From positions 5,029,700 through 5,093,699 of the forward strand of contig CAJINV010000003.1 of the NCBI GenBank assembly GCA_905178155.1: a stretch of 64,000 nucleotides of DNA. The letters run 5' to 3'. Source of the stretch: Amoebophrya sp. A120 (taxonomy: Eukaryota; Protista; Dinoflagellata). Shown here piece after piece: positions 57,116 to 64,000 of the stretch; within the stretch, counting starts at the first letter, position 1; the number at the start of each line of letters is the position of its first letter. The notes under the pieces were generated by a model, which was not told where the DNA came from, searched no databases, and saw only the letters and a program-made list of their open reading frames with translations. The translations under genes and the position numbers were made by a program.

Positions 57116-59894
57116 ATGAGAATGCGGGCTCTCGTTCTTGCGTTTGTGTCCGTGGCGCTTCGCTTGCGCTGTTGCCTTGGATTTTCGTTGGACGAAAACG
57201 ACATGCAGTTGCGCGAGGGTGAAGATGTGAACGCGGCCGTGGAGCGCGTGATGCAAAAAATGATGGTGGACCACCAGAAAACGAAACACAAAAAGCTTCA
57301 CGAAAGGCGCCAAAAGATGCAGGAGGAGGATCGGTTTAAGCCGATCGCGAGGGCCGCGCCGCCAAAAGACGTGGTGGAAACGACACATCAAGGCGAACAA
57401 GACGATGACGAGCTGGACGACGACGTGCAGCTGGACGAAGCGGGCACGAAAAATGCTGATGCCGCCGCGAGGGAGGACGAAGATGCCTCATTGTATACCC
57501 GGGCGACAGCGTACGAGGAGAGTGGTGAGTACTTTCGCAACTACGAGCTCGCGGAGACGCACAAGATTATGGTAACGGATAAGTACCGGACGGACCAGTA
57601 CCTGAAAGCGCTGCAGCGCGCCGGCGTGAAAGGCAAAATTGTGGTGGATTTCGGCTGCGGCAGCGGGGTGCTGAGTATCCTGGCAGCCCGACTCGGAGCG
57701 GACCACACCTACTGCGTCGAGCGCTCCAGGGTTCGCGTGCAAGCAAAGCAGGTGATCGCGAAAAACGGGTACTTCCCATGGTTACTACACGCAGGCTTAT
57801 TTTGTACGAGCGACTAGCTTGCTTGTCGTGACAGTCCTGACGTTTTTCTACTCGCGAAAACTTCTACTGTGCCAAGCGCAGTAGAGGTATTCAGTGTGTG
57901 AATGCATGTCTGTTCTGTATTAGTTCCTATCATGATCACGATCTATTGCCCAGATTCGCGGACCGCATCACGGTGGTGGCCAGCGTAAACGAGATCGAGC
58001 CGAAGTCTGCGGACGTGCTGGTGTCGGAGTGGATGGGGCATGGTCTACTGACGGATGTGGTGATCGGGGATTTTTTCGATGCCCGCGACCGGGTGCTCAA
58101 GGAGGACACCGGGGTTCTGATCCCGTCCAAGGGCCGCATCTACGCGCAGCCGGTGAGCGATCCGGCCTGGTGGCGCGATAACGTGGCGTGGGGCACCGAC
58201 AACGACTACGGGATCGACTTTTCACCGCTCTCCCTCTACACGCGGTCGAACACCACCACCACGCCCATCCGGTTTGCCCATTTCGGCGTCTTCCAAAACC
58301 AGAAGTTCTACGGCGGGAAAAAGGCAGCGGTACAACTAGAGTGTTACAGAATGTTACCCCATCTGGTGCGCAGAATTCGAATTTTTGATATGTGTATTGT
58401 GACTTGTTTTGTAGTTCACCTTCATTGGTGCAAAAATCGGGAGCATGTCGTGGTTCAGCCGATGAACTTGTGCCAAGTTGTCCAAGCCTTTTCTGGGCTG
58501 CTTCCGCGCGTTGGATCCAAGCGATTCCGCGCAGCATTTTTCTATTGTGGTATGTACCATAAGTAGTACACGTCTCGTGGGAAAGATGCAGCAAATGCAT
58601 CCGAGTTGTACTTCGACGCCACCCTTCTGTGCGCTGTTTGCAATGCTGGGTCTCAAACGGAAACAGATCTGCACGATCGACTTTGAAGCAGACAGCTACG
58701 ACGCAGATTGGGAATGTGGTCGGCGTATCAAATGCAAAAATGTCTGGGTCTGGAAGAATGCAAGATTTGTCATGCGCATTTCTCATGACCCACGATGCCT
58801 GTAATGCATGACCTAGCATCGCAGACTTTTAGAGGGCTTTCCGATGCACCTTCCGCATGAGAAATGCCCTGCCCGTGTAGCACAAACTGTGCCCCTCTTG
58901 CTGGTCATGCAATACAAATTTTTTTAGAGTCCAAAAACAGTTGGCCACTGGATTGTCCTTCATAGGCCGCCGAGAGATTCACTCGCCTCGCTCGATTTTT
59001 TTTGCTTCATCCTTCTCTTTTTGCTTTCCTTTTCCAAAAAACTATGCATGTAGGGATCGCACTTGACAAGATGGGCATCCGTCGCGGCGGGATCTCCCCG
59101 GGTTTGGTTTAGGTTTCAGGGTTTAGGGTTCCCCATTAGGGGGCCCCATTTTAGAGTCCAAAAACAGCATGACAAGTTGCAATCTTTCAGACCCAGACAT
59201 TTTTACATTTGATACGGCGCACCCGGCGGGAGCACAAGTTCCCGGAGCCGGTACCGGACGATTGGCACGGTTTTTTGATCACGTGGGATGTCACGCTCTA
59301 CTCGGACGTGACATTGGACACCTCCAACCCGACGCATTACACGCACTGGGGGCACTTGTTCTGGCCGCGACCACTGGACACGGACATTGGCAATGGGAAA
59401 CTTGAGGACAAGCTTGAGCTGTCGGCATCGTTCAAATATGAAAACGGAACAGAACTCATGGTTTTGATACAACGCTTTTTTTCATTTCCGCGATCTACTT
59501 TATTCCACAGAAAGGACGCCTGTGCTCACCCGCCCCGGGTACTTACACGTACACCTGACACGACAACAAATTCTTTGCATAAAAGAGAGAAGTAGATTTT
59601 AAAAAAAATTCCACTGATGCTAGATGCAATCAAAATCATCGGGACCTATCTTGTCACCTCTATGACCAGCGGGCGAACCTCTATCACCACGACCTGCAAT
59701 TCCGGTACTACTACCAGAACCACGGGGAGGAGGTGGTGCTGCGGGAGCCAGAATTTTCCGCGGACACGGTAGCGACCGAGGACGCTTTCCAGAACAAACG
59801 GCTCTACACGGCCATGCTAGCTGCGAAGGCAAAAAAGCGAACAGAAGCCAAGCAAGACGCCATAGAAGGGAAAAAGAACAGAGTTGACCTGTAG
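57116..59894 (+). CDS. Protein arginine N-methyltransferase (PRMT family) with an N-terminal signal-peptide-like segment; multi-exon
   Basis: 'YFRNY..HKIMVTDKYRT', motif I 'VVDFGCGSGVLS', 'VERS', 'VSEWMG', 'THW'. The last exon ends at TAG 59892-59894, and its junction is uncertain. Confidence 0.85.
58726..59219 (+). mobile_element. Introner/MITE-like non-canonical intron, 494 bp, with a nested insertion
   Basis: TIR of ~50 bp (gtatcaaatgcaaaaatgtctgggtctggaagaatgcaa / ttgcaatctttcagacccagacatttttacatttgatac). Direct repeat CGGCG at 58721 and 59215. Excision gives ECGRRTRREHKF in frame. Confidence 0.92.
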
Positions 59895-60190
59895 ACGACC
59901 GTTCATGCGATCATGTCGCAATACATGAGCATCCTTTACTGAAGATGCCGATGTCGGCCTTCGCAGTACGTCGCACAGCGAGAATTTAGTTGAAGGGTCC
60001 TGCTAATAATCCAAGTGTTAAACTGGGAGCCGCTACATCACGCTGCAATGTTCTGTGCGCCGCGTCACTGCTAGCCAAGTGAGTTTGTTTCATGTTGTGA
60101 AAACTTCGGTGTACTACGAAAAAGATCACTCGTGCAAGTACAACGTTCTCGTTCTAAAAAAAGTAGAGATCATAACTCACCGCTTCGCAG

Positions 60191-62020
60191 CTCTCAGGCT
60201 CCACCCAGCAAGCGCTCCTGCCACCTCGTTTCCGTTCTTGAATGCCGCGGGCGTGGTGCCCCCGACGGCCTTCAACCCGGCCAGTACTGCTTTCGGCGCT
60301 GCTCCGGCAGGGATGTACGGAGGTGGCGCTCCAGCGGCCCCAGGTGCTCCCAGAAGTAACATGTCTTCTGGGCAGCTGCAGCCGAAACAAGCGGCATTGA
60401 TTGGCTCAACAGCATCTGGCTTCTACTTCCCACCAAGAACCATCTTCCGCAGCTACGGATCATCTGCATCAACACCAGCAATTCATGGCGAGCCAGCTGC
60501 AAGGTACCACGGGTACAACAATGAATGGAAGCAATGACAGCAGCATGAGCGGCAATCCTTTCCAGGGATCTGTGGCGCTGACCAACAACGCGACTACTGC
60601 TGGCACGATGCACAAAACCATTTCTGGTTCCATCGGCACGATGGGCTTGACCAAATCTGGTTTGGCAAACTACAACGCGAACCACTATCACCAGCACAAC
60701 TCCCACAACATGTTGCACGGTCAGCACGCGAACGGCTATGGAGCGACGAGCACATCCACTGGTGTGGAGGAGCAGCAACAAAGTACTAATTGTTTGGGCG
60801 GGCCGAACCCGAACAACCGCACTGCCACCGCGAGCGCAATGTTGACCGGAGGACCGTCTGCGGCCCCTCAGAGTGTTTCAGCAATGGCGATCGGAATGCT
60901 GAACAATGCGGGACAGCATCAGCATCTCAGCTCGCAAATGCACATGCCGTCGTCGACGAATGAGAATACTTACGCCAGCCAGGATAAGATCATGATGCAC
61001 CAGCAGCAAGATGGCAGCAAGTTACCCAACGGGAACGGTTCTCCGACGCAGCGCATAGAGCAGCATCTGGTCGCCCAGGATCGTGGTGCCAGCGCGCAGC
61101 AAATAATGCAGGAAAAGTGGTACGAGGTGAAGCGGCGCAACTACCAGAACGACCCGGGTCCGGGTGTACCAGCCGAGCCGCACATGTTCATCGATCCGAC
61201 CAAGCCTCGGAAGCAGTACTTTTTCTGTTTTATAGGATGCTCTCGACTGCCCTCCTCACGTCTGATAGATCGGAGTGTACTGAAGCGTTGCGACCCTGAC
61301 GGGAGGTGACATTTTTTGTCATGGACAATAATAAATCATTTCTTTGCGACAAATGAAACAAATCGTATCAGGTTCGAGGATTATTATTACGACACGAAGC
61401 AGGATTTCATTGACTACCCCAAAACCTTCGACTACATCATCAAGCACTACTCGAAGCGGATTAACTCCTACGGGATCGACGAGAAGCTGCTGAACGACGT
61501 GATTGTGCAGTTGATGAAGCCCCTGGAAACCGACCGCCCGTTCGAGGCCTTCAACCTGGTATGGCATTTTCTGAAGTGGTTGCGCCAGATGCAGGTGGAG
61601 ATCAAAACCAAACTGTTCACCCTCATCATTCGCAGCTTCGAGAAGTGCCATGAACCGGCCAAGTACCATTGGGCAATGCTGGACATCTACAAGCGCTTGC
61701 CGGCGCGGAACTCGTATTACCTAGCTTGCTGGATGATTCTCGGCAGTTGTACTTGGGATGAAAAAACGATGACTACATTGTATGGATTTTTTTATTGTGA
61801 CGAATCGACGCTTTTGTCTTGCGTAAACAATGTACCCAAAACTATCCAGCCACGCTACCGCCGCGATGATCAAGGCGCATGGTGTAGCGCAGGATGTGGG
61901 ACAGTGCGTGGAATACCTGAAACAGTACAAGATGTTGCCGAAGCACGATTCTAACAAGCGCTTCAACTTTGTCGTGTACCAGGCCGCTTTGGACGCTTCT
62001 ATTCTGCACCTGCGGAACGT
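60191..62020 (+). CDS. Protein with a Q/N/H-rich N-terminus and a helical PPR-like C-terminus; truncated near the gap, apparent frameshift at ~60400
   Basis: GT-AG joins (RKQ|FED, RNS|HAT). 'LFTLIIRSF', 'AAMIKAHG' and 'VYQAALDA' are PPR-like helices. Start and end are not resolved. Confidence 0.5.
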
Positions 62021-62256
62021 ACTTTATTGTCATTGCGATGTATTTGCGATGATTCTTTTTCTTTCTCCTGTGCTGTAGCGGATTAGAAACACCTCATGAG
62101 GGAGAAAAGCTCCCAGATTGATGAGTCTGACAAGAGCGGGGTAACAAAATAAAAAAAGAGGTCCTCGGGGGACCTCTTGTCCCCCCGGCCGGGCGGACAA
62201 GAGGTCCCCTCGTTTTGCTGCCGGAGCGTCCGGCACGCGGAGTTCCCCCCCCCCCN

Positions 62257-64000
62257 AATTTACGTAAATTGCTCGGGTCGTATCAATGACTTTCATATCT
62301 TGCGCGAATTTCGGACGATCAGTGTCGTTCCATCATAAAAACCATTATCATCAATGTACGCACGTAGCATGCGCGCTATGTAAAAATAAAATGCTTCGAA
62401 GAAACTTCAGTCAATAAGTCGAAAGCGAAAGCCTTGCTTGAATGTCTTCTTCCTGCTGCGTCCTGGCGGACGGGCTTGTTTCGATGCCATGGTGTTCTGT
62501 GAGTCAGCGAAGGGACTTTTTTCCCGAAATCATGTCAAGTGAAAACTCCAACCCGACGCTGCTCTAAAACTCGCACTGCGTGGCGGAGCAGCTGTCTTTT
62601 GATGTTGCCGGGGGCCCTCAGTTTTGCTTCGGGACGAATTTCGGCGGCCTGGGCCGTGCCTGGCTTGTCCCCATATACGGCCGGGCGAACTGCGCCGACA
62701 GTGGGGAGCGCCTCGGCGATCGCTTGCGCAGCGCGCTCGTTTGGTTTCGCGCAAATCGCGAGGGCGAGCATTGCCATGCCCTGCTTGCAGTTCTTGACGG
62801 TCCCGACAGAAGTGACACGCCGGCGGCTCCGGTTCGTAGCACTGCGGCGATCTCCACAGAGTCGCCCGGCCCGGAGCTCCTGGGCGTTGCCATCTTCGTG
62901 GACGGCGTGCGCCTCGCCCTCTCGACTCGCACGAGACGGGTCTATAGTTGTCTAGAGTTTTACGAAACTGCGGCCATTTTACTAGCCCTGACCAGGTTCA
63001 GCATCCTGCGGCGGGGGGAGACGGTCCCGGAACTTGTGGACAATTGGCCCGCACGGTGCGCGCGCCAGAACAGCGCCAGCCCCGCAGCGCCTTGCTGCGC
63101 CCTGGCTGGCAAGATTCGGGGCCGCAGGCCCCGCAGGCGACGAGCCCGGTGGCCGCGGGCATCTTGCAAAACTTCCCGCCCAGGATGAGACGTCTCGCCA
63201 GTTTTCCTGGCGCTGCTGCCCGGCTGCCCGCGGCCCCATTTGCAAGCATTCCGCGGGCCTTTTCGGACGGGAGGCGCGCCCCCGGGGCCTGTTGCGCCGG
63301 CCGGCGCGCGGCTTTGCACGGTCGGACGGGCCGCGGGCGGCCCCTTTGCGGGAGACGCGGGGCGGGCCCAAGGGCATGAGCCGGACCGCGATCGACCTGG
63401 AACCGCTCCGCCTACCGCAGTCTCTTCGGGAGCTACTCAAGTAGGCAGACGAAATTGGGTCCCTGCCTACCGGGGGCCTTTGCGGGGTTTTTAAACATCG
63501 CCCCCGGAGGTGGGGGGGGGGTATTCGGTCCCACAAAGCTGCTGGCGCTCCTACAGACTGGCTTTCCAAATTTGCTTCAGCTCCTGTTTCTAGTTTCCAA
63601 ACGTATCGGCTGGAATGAGGATGATGCGGAGACGGGCCGGCGCGGCGCCAGTCGCGCGAGCGTGGCCAACCCCCGAAGAGGTTTGGCCCAGTTGGCTCCT
63701 CGGGAACGGAAGGAGAAGGACTGGGATAAGGGCGGCAGGCTGCGCGCCCGCACCTTCACCGGCGGCAGGCACCGCGCCGGCAGCGGCGGAAATGCCCCAA
63801 GGGTAAGCCTTGCCACCCGGGGAAAGGGAGGCGCGGTATGAAATCGAGGCGGTCGGGTCCATGGGATTAGAGCACTGGAGGCCGAAACTATATCAGCCGA
63901 GCGACGATACGGGAAAAGGCAGGGAAATTGCGAGGGCCGGCCTTCAGTGCGGGGCCGGAGCGCCAGCGAGCCGATGTGCAGACGGGCGGCTGCCAAATTT
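62257..64000 (+). repeat. Apparently exact copy of 54462-56205 (offset 7795 bp), starting immediately after an N at 62256
   Basis: Identical ORF translations at both loci. The sequence matches from 'aatttacgtaaattgctcggg' to the window end. Confidence 0.95.

Overview
Eukaryotic, intron-containing, gene-dense protist DNA. An alveolate origin, probably a dinoflagellate/Syndiniales such as Amoebophrya, is inferred from the gene architecture and intron types and was not confirmed by a search. All recognisable genes from about 2.3 to 30.3 kb lie on the minus strand: TOG/XMAP215-like, ALKBH8-like, UBA+EGLN/PHD-like, coiled-coil/MATH-like, membrane J-domain protein, cyclic-nucleotide-gated-type channel, P-loop kinase and SnoaL-like. 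All from about 32.7 to 62 kb lie on the plus strand: cupin+EF-hand, a giant TPR+TKL kinase, a hypothetical protein, a cold-shock-like protein, a PRMT and a PPR-like protein. The divergent switch point holds a G-rich 15-mer array and a degenerate ~31-mer array. The main finding is four non-GT-AG introns that look like small inverted-repeat transposons (introner/MITE-like). Each has inverted-repeat arms and 5-8 bp flanking direct repeats, and removing the element plus one repeat copy restores the reading frame exactly. They share terminal or internal motifs, and one carries a nested insert with a 19-bp duplication and telomere-like repeats. Also present are a decayed DIRS-like retroelement and a 1.74-kb exact duplication that starts at an N and is probably an assembly artefact.
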